Source of the DNA: Flavobacterium sp.
GTDB taxonomy: Bacteria; Bacteroidota; Bacteroidia; Flavobacteriales; Flavobacteriaceae
Assembly (NCBI RefSeq): GCF_039930565.1
Contig: NZ_JBDTTP010000015.1
Span: 97-64,096 of the forward strand
Length of the DNA stretch: 64,000 nt
Direction of reading: 5' to 3'
Part shown: piece by piece, positions 20,511-29,425 of the stretch
Layout of the letters: each line of letters starts with the position of its first letter
How positions within the stretch are numbered: the first letter of the stretch is position 1
The notes under the pieces: generated by a model
Seen by the model: only the letters and a program-made list of their open reading frames with translations
Told to the model about the DNA's origin: nothing
Database searches by the model: none
Translations under genes and position numbers: made by a program

Positions 20511-22142
20511 TTACTTAGACATTTTTTCAGCCATCAATAAAGCATTGTAAGCATTTACCATTTTGGCTGTTCGGGAAGATTCAGCAGACGAAACCGCAAC
20601 AGGTTCCTGATCCGGATTTGGATTGTCTCCCAAAACTACACTTGAAGGAAGCATTACTCCTGAATCCATCAAAATTTGTTTTACTTGTTTTGCCTTTAAT
20701 TTTGGATAATAAGAACGAATCAATGTAGCTACTCCAGCTGCATTTGGGGATGCCATTGAAGTTCCCTGGAGATATTTATATTTATTATTTGGAACAGTTG
20801 CATAAATTTCCTCTCCCGGAGCAAAAACATCTACGTTTAATTTTCCGAAGTTGGAGAATTGAGCCACAACATTTTTTCCGTAAGATTTGTTAATCGCGCC
20901 AATTGTAATTAGGTTATCTGCAAATTCATTAATATTGTCTTCAGAATCATTAGGATAATTAATGTTCTTTGCATCATCAATATTGTAACCATCATTTCCT
21001 GCTGCATGAACAATTAAAACATCTTTTTTAGCCGCATATTTAATAGCTTCATATACCCATTTTCTTTGAGGCGAAAAACTTTTACCAAAACTTCCGTTAA
21101 TTACTTTTGCTCCATTATCGACCGCATAACGAATTGCAAGAGCGATATCTTTATCATATTCATCTCCGTCTGGCACTGCTCTGACAGCCAAAATTTCAAC
21201 GTTATTGGCAACTCCGTCTCCACCTAAGTTATTGTTGCGAACCTGAGCTATAATTCCGGCAACGTGAGTTCCGTGTAATGCTTTTTCTTTGTCCGGTCCA
21301 AAAACAATATTATTACCATATTTTGTGCTTTTAATATCGTCTGCATTATCACCTAAAACTTTTCTTCCGTCAAAATCTTTATTCAGGGTAAAATTTAATT
21401 CGCCGTAAACATGTTCTCTGTAATCTTCTAATTCAACACTTGGATCAAAATTTGGTCCGCCGTTGGTAAAGATTTGTGTCATAATCATTTTACTTCTGCT
21501 AACTTTCGGATCAGCAGATGTAATACCTGAAACATCTTTAAGTGTATATTTTTCTTTATTTAATGCCGTTTTTAAGGTGTTGTGTACATCTAATAAAAAA
21601 TCTACTTGTTCCTTCTCTTTTAGTGCCTTCTCGTACTTTTCTGTATATTGGGCCAAAGCACTTTTATATTGTTGGGAACCATCATCTCCTTTTTTAACAA
21701 TGCGGGTCATTTCAAGGTTTTCATTAACAATATTTCCCAGAAAATTCCATCCATGAATATCATCAACATAACCATTTTTGTCATCATCGATTCCGTTTCC
21801 TGCAACTTCCTTTGGATTTGTCCAGATCATTCCTTTCAAATCTTCGTGTTCGATATCAACACCAGAATCTACAATTCCGACAATTACTCTTTTACCGGTT
21901 TTGCCTTGTAATAATTCGGCATAAGCCTTATCTACACTCATTCCGGGAATAGAGTCTTTTATTAAGTCCAAATGACTCCATCTTTTTAATTCATTTTCTT
22001 TAAGAGGTGCTTTTTTAACTACCGATATAGGCGCTTTTATAAATTCTTTTGAAGTTGAAACTTGCGCCTGCATAGTTGCGCCACATCCTGCTAAAACAAG
22101 TAATGCAAAAGCAGATAAATTGAGAGGTTTTATAGGAATCAT
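20511..22142 (-). CDS. S8 subtilisin-family serine peptidase
   Basis: Catalytic triad VDSG / HGTHVAG / GTSMASP; possible lipobox LAGC. Confidence 0.95.
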   Translation of the reverse strand: MIPIKPLNLSAFALLVLAGCGATMQAQVSTSKEFIKAPISVVKKAPLKENELKRWSHLDLIKDSIPGMSVDKAYAELLQGKTGKRVIVGIVDSGVDIEHEDLKGMIWTNPKEVAGNGIDDDKNGYVDDIHGWNFLGNIVNENLEMTRIVKKGDDGSQQYKSALAQYTEKYEKALKEKEQVDFLLDVHNTLKTALNKEKYTLKDVSGITSADPKVSRSKMIMTQIFTNGGPNFDPSVELEDYREHVYGELNFTLNKDFDGRKVLGDNADDIKSTKYGNNIVFGPDKEKALHGTHVAGIIAQVRNNNLGGDGVANNVEILAVRAVPDGDEYDKDIALAIRYAVDNGAKVINGSFGKSFSPQRKWVYEAIKYAAKKDVLIVHAAGNDGYNIDDAKNINYPNDSEDNINEFADNLITIGAINKSYGKNVVAQFSNFGKLNVDVFAPGEEIYATVPNNKYKYLQGTSMASPNAAGVATLIRSYYPKLKAKQVKQILMDSGVMLPSSVVLGDNPNPDQEPVAVSSAESSRTAKMVNAYNALLMAEKMSK

Positions 22143-22364
22143 GTATAATTTAATAGATGTTGAAAATAATTCGACTAAATTATACTTTTTTGTTATAAAA
22201 AACTAACCGTTAACACTGTGTTATGATTTTTATATTTCAAAATTTTATCACCTAACAATATTTAAAAATTATTCTAAGTAATTTATCTATTGGAACACAA
22301 CATTATTAAGTAAGAAAATGACGTATTATTTGTATTATTGCAAACTCAAACAATTATTGAATTT

Positions 22365-23678
22365 ATGAAAACAAAACTACTTTTGATGCTATTACTGGCA
22401 AATTTTTCTATTTATGCACAATACACAAACATCCCAGATGTTAATTTTGAAAAACAATTAATTTCTTTAGGGATCGATACGGGAACTCCAGATGGACAAG
22501 TATTAACTTCAAGCATATCGAGCCTATCTACATTGGATGTTAACAATAGCTCAATTGCTGATTTGACAGGAATAGAAAATTTTACTGCTCTTGAAAATTT
22601 ATACGCTAGAAAAAATCAATTATCAATTGCTGATTTTTCATCAAATGTTTTACTAAAATATCTAGATTGTAGTAGAAATCAATTAACAAGTTTAAATGTT
22701 TCAAAAAATACCAAATTAATTGGTCTAAATATTGGTTTTAATACCTTAACAGAAATAGATCTAAAATCAAATGTTCTTTTGGAAGGGATTGATTTTCAGA
22801 CAAACGCATTAACAAACGTAGATCTTACAAAAAACACAAAATTGACTAATATAAATGCGTTAGTAAATCAGTTAACAGACTTAGAATTATCTGCAAACAC
22901 ACTTTTATCCAGTTTATCAGTTAGTTCGAATAAATTAACTTCTTTAGATATTAACAATAATATTGAATTGACATATTTAAATTGTGGTAATAATCTATTA
23001 ACAGGAATAAATGTTTCAAAAAACATAAATTTGATCGATTTTTATTGTCATAACAATCAAATAACAAATCTGGAAATTAAAAAAAATATTCTTCTAAAAG
23101 GCTTTATGTGCAATGGTAATAAACTTTCTAGTATTGATGTCTCAAACAACCCAGAACTAGAAATGTTTGACTGTTTAGAAAACCAACTAACTAGTCTTGA
23201 TATCTCTAAAAATCCAAAAATAACAGAATTGGCTTGTGAAGAAAATCAGTTAACGTACCTAAATTTAAAAAACGGAAACAACCTAAATTTAGATCTTACC
23301 TATTCAAACTTTTCAAAAAATCCAAATTTAACTTGCATTGAAGTTGACGATATTGCTTATTCTAATGCCAACTGGACAAACATAAAAGATGCTACAGCAA
23401 CATATGCGTCAGCATGCACTAAATTAGGTCTTGAAGATTTATTATTCGATAAAATAGCACTCTATCCAAATCCTACTAAAGATGAAGTTACTATTACTAA
23501 TATTGCATTAGAAAAAGCAACAGTCTACAATGCATTAGGACAATTGGTGAAATCTTTTACATTAAACTCAAACAATATAAATAACACCATCAGTTTATCC
23601 GGTTTGCCAAAAGGAATATATTATGTATATTTAATCAATCAGGAAACCGCTTCTGTTAAAAAAGTTATAATGGAATAA
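22365..23678 (+). CDS. Leucine-rich-repeat protein with T9SS C-terminal sorting domain
   Basis: Signal peptide, IPDxNF cap, about eleven 21-aa LxxLxCxxNxLTxLD repeats, C-terminal YPNP...GIYYV...KKVI. Confidence 0.9.
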   Translation: MKTKLLLMLLLANFSIYAQYTNIPDVNFEKQLISLGIDTGTPDGQVLTSSISSLSTLDVNNSSIADLTGIENFTALENLYARKNQLSIADFSSNVLLKYLDCSRNQLTSLNVSKNTKLIGLNIGFNTLTEIDLKSNVLLEGIDFQTNALTNVDLTKNTKLTNINALVNQLTDLELSANTLLSSLSVSSNKLTSLDINNNIELTYLNCGNNLLTGINVSKNINLIDFYCHNNQITNLEIKKNILLKGFMCNGNKLSSIDVSNNPELEMFDCLENQLTSLDISKNPKITELACEENQLTYLNLKNGNNLNLDLTYSNFSKNPNLTCIEVDDIAYSNANWTNIKDATATYASACTKLGLEDLLFDKIALYPNPTKDEVTITNIALEKATVYNALGQLVKSFTLNSNNINNTISLSGLPKGIYYVYLINQETASVKKVIME

Positions 23679-23697
23679 TTACAATTCTATTGTAATT

Positions 23698-23738
23698 AAA
23701 AATCCCATTTTCAAAATAATGAAAATGGGATTTTTTTT
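23698..23738. terminator. Bidirectional terminator
   Basis: AAAAATCCCATTTTCA/TGAAAATGGGATTTTT stem. Confidence 0.8.
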
Positions 23739-23754
23739 ATGCTTTCAAATTTAT

Positions 23755-24612
23755 CTAAAGAATTTGTTCGCAAGTAAAAACTTCTTTTAACCTAACCCCC
23801 TTCTCTGTATTTTCTAACGTTATAATTTGATTATGCGCATCATGTTCCAGAAACAGATAATAATTATTTGTCGCAGCAGCATTTAAAAATTTCTCTTTTT
23901 CATCTAATGCTAAAAGTGGTCTTGTATCATAACCCATAATATACGGCAAGGGAATATGTCCTGCAGTGGCCAATAAATCAGCACAAAAAACAATCGTTTT
24001 ATCCTTATACTGAATGTGCGGAATCATTTGTTTTTCGGTATGGCCGTCGGCAAAGAAAATTCCGAAACCTAGTTCCGACTGTGGTAAAAAATCACTTCCG
24101 GGTCTTTTTATGAAATTCAGCTGACCACTTTCCTGCATTGGTAAAATATTCTCTGATAAAAAAGAAGCTTTTTCACGGGCGTTTGGCTTTATCGCCCATT
24201 CCCAATGGTTATCATTTGTCCAGAATTTAGCATTTTTAAACGCTGGTTCATACCCGGTTTTATCTGCATTCCATTGCACACTTCCACCACAATGATCAAA
24301 ATGTAAATGGGTCATAAAAACATCGGTAATATCATCTCTGTGAAAACCATATTTCGCCAGAGAATCATCCAGCGAATGCGTTCCCCAAAGCGAATAATAC
24401 CCAAAAAACTTTTCAGATTGTTTGTTTCCCATTCCCGTATCAATCAAAATCAGGCGTTTTCCATCTTCAATAAGTAAACAACGTGCGGCAATATCAATTA
24501 AGTTATTGTTATCGGCAGGATTCGTTTTATTCCAGATTGTTTTGGGCACAACTCCAAACATCGCACCTCCGTCTAATTTAAAGTTTCCTGATTCTATAGG
24601 ATAAAGTTTCAT
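23755..24612 (-). CDS. MBL-fold metallo-hydrolase (YtnP-like)
   Basis: LDGGAMFGVVP, THLHFDH, GHT, HD motifs. Confidence 0.92.
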   Translation of the reverse strand: MKLYPIESGNFKLDGGAMFGVVPKTIWNKTNPADNNNLIDIAARCLLIEDGKRLILIDTGMGNKQSEKFFGYYSLWGTHSLDDSLAKYGFHRDDITDVFMTHLHFDHCGGSVQWNADKTGYEPAFKNAKFWTNDNHWEWAIKPNAREKASFLSENILPMQESGQLNFIKRPGSDFLPQSELGFGIFFADGHTEKQMIPHIQYKDKTIVFCADLLATAGHIPLPYIMGYDTRPLLALDEKEKFLNAAATNNYYLFLEHDAHNQIITLENTEKGVRLKEVFTCEQIL

Positions 24613-24666
24613 TTTTTTGTATTTAATTCAGAATAAGATGCAATTTAGTCCTTTAGTTTTATTTAC

Positions 24667-24682
24667 TACGCTTATTTGCGTA
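24667..24682. promoter_or_regulatory. Palindromic candidate response-regulator site TACGC-N6-GCGTA (copy 1)
   Basis: TACGCTTATTTGCGTA upstream of the response regulator; two more copies at 27150 and 27257. Confidence 0.6.
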
Positions 24683-24731
24683 TTTTAGAAGTGCTTTATT
24701 ATTTTTAATATTGTCAGATAAATCAAGGCAA

Positions 24732-25358
24732 ATGAAAAAAAGAATTGGCATTGTGGAGGACAACCGTGATTTACGAGAAGCATTGGCAATGATGATTCAG
24801 TTTACGGAACAATATGAACTTGCTGGCACTTTTGAAAATGCAGAAACTGCAATAGAAGTTGTGCCGACAATAGCAATCGATGCTTTATTGATGGACGTAA
24901 ATTTGCCTGGATATAACGGTTATGAATGCGTTTCGATTTTAAAAGCTAAAAAACCCAGCCTTTTTTTTATCATGTGCACTTCCTACGAAGACGATGAGAT
25001 TATTTTTAAAAGTTTAAAGGCTGGTGCCAGCGGATATATTTTAAAAACTGAAGGTCCAACAAAAATTATTGATGCCCTGAACGATTTATTTGATGGCGGA
25101 AGTCCGATGAGCAGCAGCATTGCGAGAAAAGTAGTTGGGAGTTTTTCGAAATTGGACACTATTGATGAAGGTGTACAATTATTAACACCTCGCGAGAACG
25201 AAATTTTAGAATTACTGGCTACCGGAAAAATGAACAAAGAAGTTGCAGACAACCTTCAGATAAGCGGAGGAACGGTTCGAAAACACATTCAGCATATTTA
25301 TGAAAAACTCCAGGTTAACACCAGGGTTGAAGCGGTAAACTTGTATCTAAAAAGATAA
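24732..25358 (+). CDS. NarL/LuxR-family response regulator
   Basis: VED, LLMDVNLP (phospho-Asp), GASGYILK, LTPRE.EIL..LA.G..NKEVA..L.IS..TVRKH HTH. Confidence 0.95.
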   Translation: MKKRIGIVEDNRDLREALAMMIQFTEQYELAGTFENAETAIEVVPTIAIDALLMDVNLPGYNGYECVSILKAKKPSLFFIMCTSYEDDEIIFKSLKAGASGYILKTEGPTKIIDALNDLFDGGSPMSSSIARKVVGSFSKLDTIDEGVQLLTPRENEILELLATGKMNKEVADNLQISGGTVRKHIQHIYEKLQVNTRVEAVNLYLKR

Positions 25359-25373
25359 TTAAAAAAAAGGAAG

Positions 25374-27122
25374 ATGAAGTTATATTATTTCTTATTTTTT
25401 CTGTTTTCAGCTGTTCTTGTTTTTTCCCAGGAAACAATTTCAGATAAAAAAAAAGCGTTTGATAAATGCACAACCAGCAGTTGTAAAATAACTAATTCGA
25501 TAGCTGTATCAGAACAATATCTGGAACTGGATCAAATTGAAGAAGCGCAAAAATGGCTGAACTATTCTAAAAAAATGTTATTAAAGTATCCAGACGATAT
25601 GCAGCAATATTGTGTCAATAGTTTACAGTCGGAGCTTTTTTATTATTCTGGATTGTATCAATTTGGTTTACATGAAGCTCAAAAAGCAATAAAATTAGCC
25701 AGGAAGTCCAAGGACAGTTTACACCTTTCCAATGCTTTTCTAATTGAAGGAATTAATTGGTTCGAAATGGGTAAAATCGCGAATTCGGAAGATTCCTATC
25801 ATAAAGCAAAGAAATATTTTCCTTTAAAATCTAATAGCAATTACAAAAGATATCAAATAAACAAGGAATACATTTATAATGATATTGCTCAATTAAAAAT
25901 AAAAACCAGACAATTGGATTCGGCTTATTTTTATAATAAAAAAGCATATGGTTTTGCTAAAAATTTAAAAGACCAGAGATGTATTGCTAACATTGAACGT
26001 ACTTTTGGAGATCTTTTTTTAAAACAAAACAAAAAAGATTCAGCTGATTTTTATTTCAAAAAAAGCATCAAAACATCTTTAGATTCCGCAATTTATGACA
26101 CTGCCTTATTAGGTTTTGGAAGCTTAATTGAATCCAGTTCCGAAGAATCTCAAACAGTTCGTTATTATTTTGAGAAAGGACAGGAAATAATAAAACAACA
26201 CAATGTAAATCCTTCTTTTCAAAAACTTTTCTATGAGCAGTCATTATCTAAATTTCAATCTCTTAGTGATAAAAATTTAGTATTGTCAACGCAGGGAAAG
26301 CTATTAGAAATTGAAAAAAACACGAATCAAAACGGAAATCTTTACATTCAAAAAATCACAGACCAATATATTAATAGTGAAAACAAATTACTCTTATCTA
26401 AAATCAATCAATTAGATAAAGAAAAAAATATAAAAATCCTGCAGCTTCTTGCCACGATTTTTTTCGGATTAATTTTAATGCTTATCATTATTATTATCAG
26501 AAGAAAGAACAAATTACAGAAGAAAATTTTAGATCAAAAAAATGAGATCAGCAAAGACCTTCATGATGATATTGGCAGTGAATTAAGCAGTATTTTAATC
26601 AATGCCAATTTATTAAAGAATTACGATCCTAATGACAAGCAAAAAATACTCATTGACAAAATCAGCAATACCAGTTCTGAAATTTCACAACGTCTTAATG
26701 CCTTTATCTGGTCCCTGAATGCTGACAATAATAACGTTCGGAATTTTACAGAATACGTAAAACAATATGCCTATAAATTTTTTGAGGGAACTGAAACCAA
26801 GTTACTTTTTTCGGATGATATTGAGAGTATTTCGAACCGAATCCTAAACGGAAATTCCCGAAAAAATCTATTTTTTTCTATAAAGGAAGCTCTAAATAAT
26901 ACGGTTAAACATGCAGATGCTGCTAAAGTAATTATTACCATTTCTTCAATTGACAAAAAAGGGCTTCTCATTACTATTAAGGATAATGGAAAAGGCATGC
27001 AGGAAGGCAATAAATTTGGTAATGGATTAGTCAATATTAAAAAAAGAATAGCCCTCTTAAAAGGGAATGTAAAAATTCAATCCGGTAATGGATTGAAAAT
27101 CAGTATTGAGATTCCTTTTTAA
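25374..27122 (+). CDS. TPR-containing sensor histidine kinase (HisKA_3)
   Basis: Signal peptide, periplasmic helical repeats, one TM, ISKDLHDDIG H-box, KEALNNTVKH, DNGKG, GNGL. Confidence 0.93.
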   Translation: MKLYYFLFFLFSAVLVFSQETISDKKKAFDKCTTSSCKITNSIAVSEQYLELDQIEEAQKWLNYSKKMLLKYPDDMQQYCVNSLQSELFYYSGLYQFGLHEAQKAIKLARKSKDSLHLSNAFLIEGINWFEMGKIANSEDSYHKAKKYFPLKSNSNYKRYQINKEYIYNDIAQLKIKTRQLDSAYFYNKKAYGFAKNLKDQRCIANIERTFGDLFLKQNKKDSADFYFKKSIKTSLDSAIYDTALLGFGSLIESSSEESQTVRYYFEKGQEIIKQHNVNPSFQKLFYEQSLSKFQSLSDKNLVLSTQGKLLEIEKNTNQNGNLYIQKITDQYINSENKLLLSKINQLDKEKNIKILQLLATIFFGLILMLIIIIIRRKNKLQKKILDQKNEISKDLHDDIGSELSSILINANLLKNYDPNDKQKILIDKISNTSSEISQRLNAFIWSLNADNNNVRNFTEYVKQYAYKFFEGTETKLLFSDDIESISNRILNGNSRKNLFFSIKEALNNTVKHADAAKVIITISSIDKKGLLITIKDNGKGMQEGNKFGNGLVNIKKRIALLKGNVKIQSGNGLKISIEIPF

Positions 27123-27149
27123 CATTCATTAAATAGCATAAAAATTAAG

Positions 27150-27272
27150 TACGCCATTGAGCGTATTTTTTTTTGGATCCAAATATGCACATCTTCTAAA
27201 AACAGTTATTTATTTAACTTTTACTTCATTATTTAATAAAAATATCACTTTACCTATACTCTCAATTGCGTA
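27150..27272. promoter_or_regulatory. Two further TACGC-N6-GCGTA-type sites upstream of the secreted-protein cluster
   Basis: TACGCCATTGAGCGTA (27150-27165) and TACTCTCAATTGCGTA (27257-27272). Confidence 0.6.
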
Positions 27273-27358
27273 TTGTAGGATATTTCATTTTAAATCAATT
27301 TTACATCATAAAATAAGATAAATATCTGATTTCAAAACAATTAAAATTACAACACATT

Positions 27359-28558
27359 ATGCAAAACTTAAAAATAAGACTCTCAATTTTTTTATTAATA
27401 CTTATAACTTCATGTTCAAAAGATGATGGTGATTCTGATTCAGGAATTGACAGTTCCAATACAGTTTTTGTAGTTGGCCGTGAAGCCAAAGGAGATTTTC
27501 TTGTGCCTGTAATTTGGAAGAATGGAGAAAAAAGCTTCTTGCCTGCCATTGCAGACACAGATATTGACGATTTAAAAGTGGCGGTAGAAAACAATGATTT
27601 ATATGTAGTAGGAGTTGAAACAAATTCAAACAATAAAATGAGTATTGTTTTATGGAAAAATGGTGTACAATCGAGATTTTCGGAAGCTGCTAATTTTGTC
27701 GAAATCAAACAAATAATTGTGGATAATGGAAGTGTATATGTACTAGGAGAAGAAAGATTGGCTGGAGGGGAAGACAAATACAGGTATTGGAAAAATGGTA
27801 CTGCTACTACAATCATTAACTCTAGTGTAACAGTTGATGATGATTTTGAACAAAACGATGTTTCAAAAATGGTAGTTGTCAATAACGATGTTTATTGTAT
27901 AGGATTTGAATGGAATGCTTCTGGAACAATACTAACTGGAAAATATTGGAAAAATGCAATTCCAACAGCTGTATCAGTTTTTAAAGATAAAATTTTTGAT
28001 TTTTTGCAAGACATTCAGGTCAATGGAAATGAGGTCTCAATACTATTTAATCAACTAAATACAGCAACATTTGCTCAGGAAACAAAATTGTGGAAAAACA
28101 ATGTTGTTAGTGTTTTGGGTAGTGGATCAAGTGATTTTTTTGCTGCCGGGATGGTTATAAAAGAGGGGGTTGAACATGTTTTAATTGAAGAAAAAATATC
28201 AGACACAAAAACAAAGCTATTGTATTTAAAAGACCGAGTAAAAACTGAAATTACCGATGGTAGTTCTGAAGTAACAAGAAGTTTTTTGAATGTAGATGGT
28301 AGTAATGTTTGTGTGGCTTATTACACGGATTTTATATTTACCTATACAACTAAATACTGGTTGAATGGTACAACTAAAACTTTAAACGGATTTGATAAAG
28401 AACCATTTGATGCTTTTTTCCTTTCAGGAACGGATGTTTATATGACATCTAGCGAGAGTAATAAGCCACAATTTTGGGTAAACGGAACACAAACTGAATT
28501 GCCATTCGATGCTAGTAAAAATTTTACAGTTGCAAATGATGTTTTTGTTACTAAATAA
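27359..28558 (+). CDS. Surface lipoprotein with WKNG-type beta-propeller repeats
   Basis: Lipobox ITSC plus SKDDGDSD export-like signal; eight W(K/L/V)NG-type repeats preceded by D(L/V)YV strands. Confidence 0.8.
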   Translation: MQNLKIRLSIFLLILITSCSKDDGDSDSGIDSSNTVFVVGREAKGDFLVPVIWKNGEKSFLPAIADTDIDDLKVAVENNDLYVVGVETNSNNKMSIVLWKNGVQSRFSEAANFVEIKQIIVDNGSVYVLGEERLAGGEDKYRYWKNGTATTIINSSVTVDDDFEQNDVSKMVVVNNDVYCIGFEWNASGTILTGKYWKNAIPTAVSVFKDKIFDFLQDIQVNGNEVSILFNQLNTATFAQETKLWKNNVVSVLGSGSSDFFAAGMVIKEGVEHVLIEEKISDTKTKLLYLKDRVKTEITDGSSEVTRSFLNVDGSNVCVAYYTDFIFTYTTKYWLNGTTKTLNGFDKEPFDAFFLSGTDVYMTSSESNKPQFWVNGTQTELPFDASKNFTVANDVFVTK

Positions 28559-28565
28559 GAATACT

Positions 28566-29423
28566 ATGAAAAAAATTACCTTTTTAATATTGTTTTTTAC
28601 GGCTACTTTTTTAGCACATTCGCAAAATTTAATTCTTAATCCAAGTGCTGAAGAGCCTGCAATAAATGGCGAAATACCACATTGGACAGAAACCATTGGT
28701 AGCTCCTGGGTTGCTACAAATGATGCGGCTCTTTTCAATTTTGAAGCCAATACGGTTCCTAATGGGGATTCTTGGTTTTGGGCGGGTAATAATGTTCAAA
28801 ATGTAGGCGGATTAAATGTAAGTGAAATAGAGCAGATTATTAATATAACTTCCGATGCTTCGGCAATTGATCTTGGAACTAAAAATTATTTTTTTAGTGG
28901 TTATACAAGATCATTTGAACAAGGATTAAACGATGAGTCTAATATTTTTATTGAGTATCTGGATGTAAATAATGTTATTCTAAACACGTTTACTTTTGGA
29001 CCTTTTAGTACCAGTTCTTCTTGGATTAATGTGACTGGAATATTATTAGCTCCGATTAATGCCCGAAAAATCAGAATAAAACTACATACAATCCTCCGAA
29101 GCGGAAGCGATAATGATGGCTGTTATGACGATTTATATTTAGGAAGTGTGCCACTTCTGAGGATTTCTAAAAACAAACATAACGAATCAGATATTGTTAT
29201 TTTTCCAAATCCATCCACAGGAATTTTCAATATCCAAACTACCAAATATATTGAAAATGTTTCCCTAAAAGTTTTTGATTTAAATGGGCGAATGATTCAT
29301 CAAACTAAACCAGAAAATTTAGAAAATAAAATATTGGATTTAACGAATTTACAAAATGGTACATATATCCTGGATATTGAAAATGAAGACTATAATTATT
29401 CTCAAAAAATCATAAAACAATAA
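28566..29423 (+). CDS. T9SS cargo with galactose-binding/FBA-like jelly-roll domain
   Basis: ATG 28566 MKKITF signal; NLILNPSAE...W...ARKIRIKL...YDDLYL; C-terminal FPNP...GTYIL...QKIIK. Confidence 0.75.
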   Translation: MKKITFLILFFTATFLAHSQNLILNPSAEEPAINGEIPHWTETIGSSWVATNDAALFNFEANTVPNGDSWFWAGNNVQNVGGLNVSEIEQIINITSDASAIDLGTKNYFFSGYTRSFEQGLNDESNIFIEYLDVNNVILNTFTFGPFSTSSSWINVTGILLAPINARKIRIKLHTILRSGSDNDGCYDDLYLGSVPLLRISKNKHNESDIVIFPNPSTGIFNIQTTKYIENVSLKVFDLNGRMIHQTKPENLENKILDLTNLQNGTYILDIENEDYNYSQKIIKQ

Positions 29424-29425
29424 TT

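Noticed and set aside
22300-22330. Fourth TACGC-N6-GCGTA site upstream of the LRR T9SS gene
   Set aside because: Only a partial right half (ACGTATT) is present; too weak to call.
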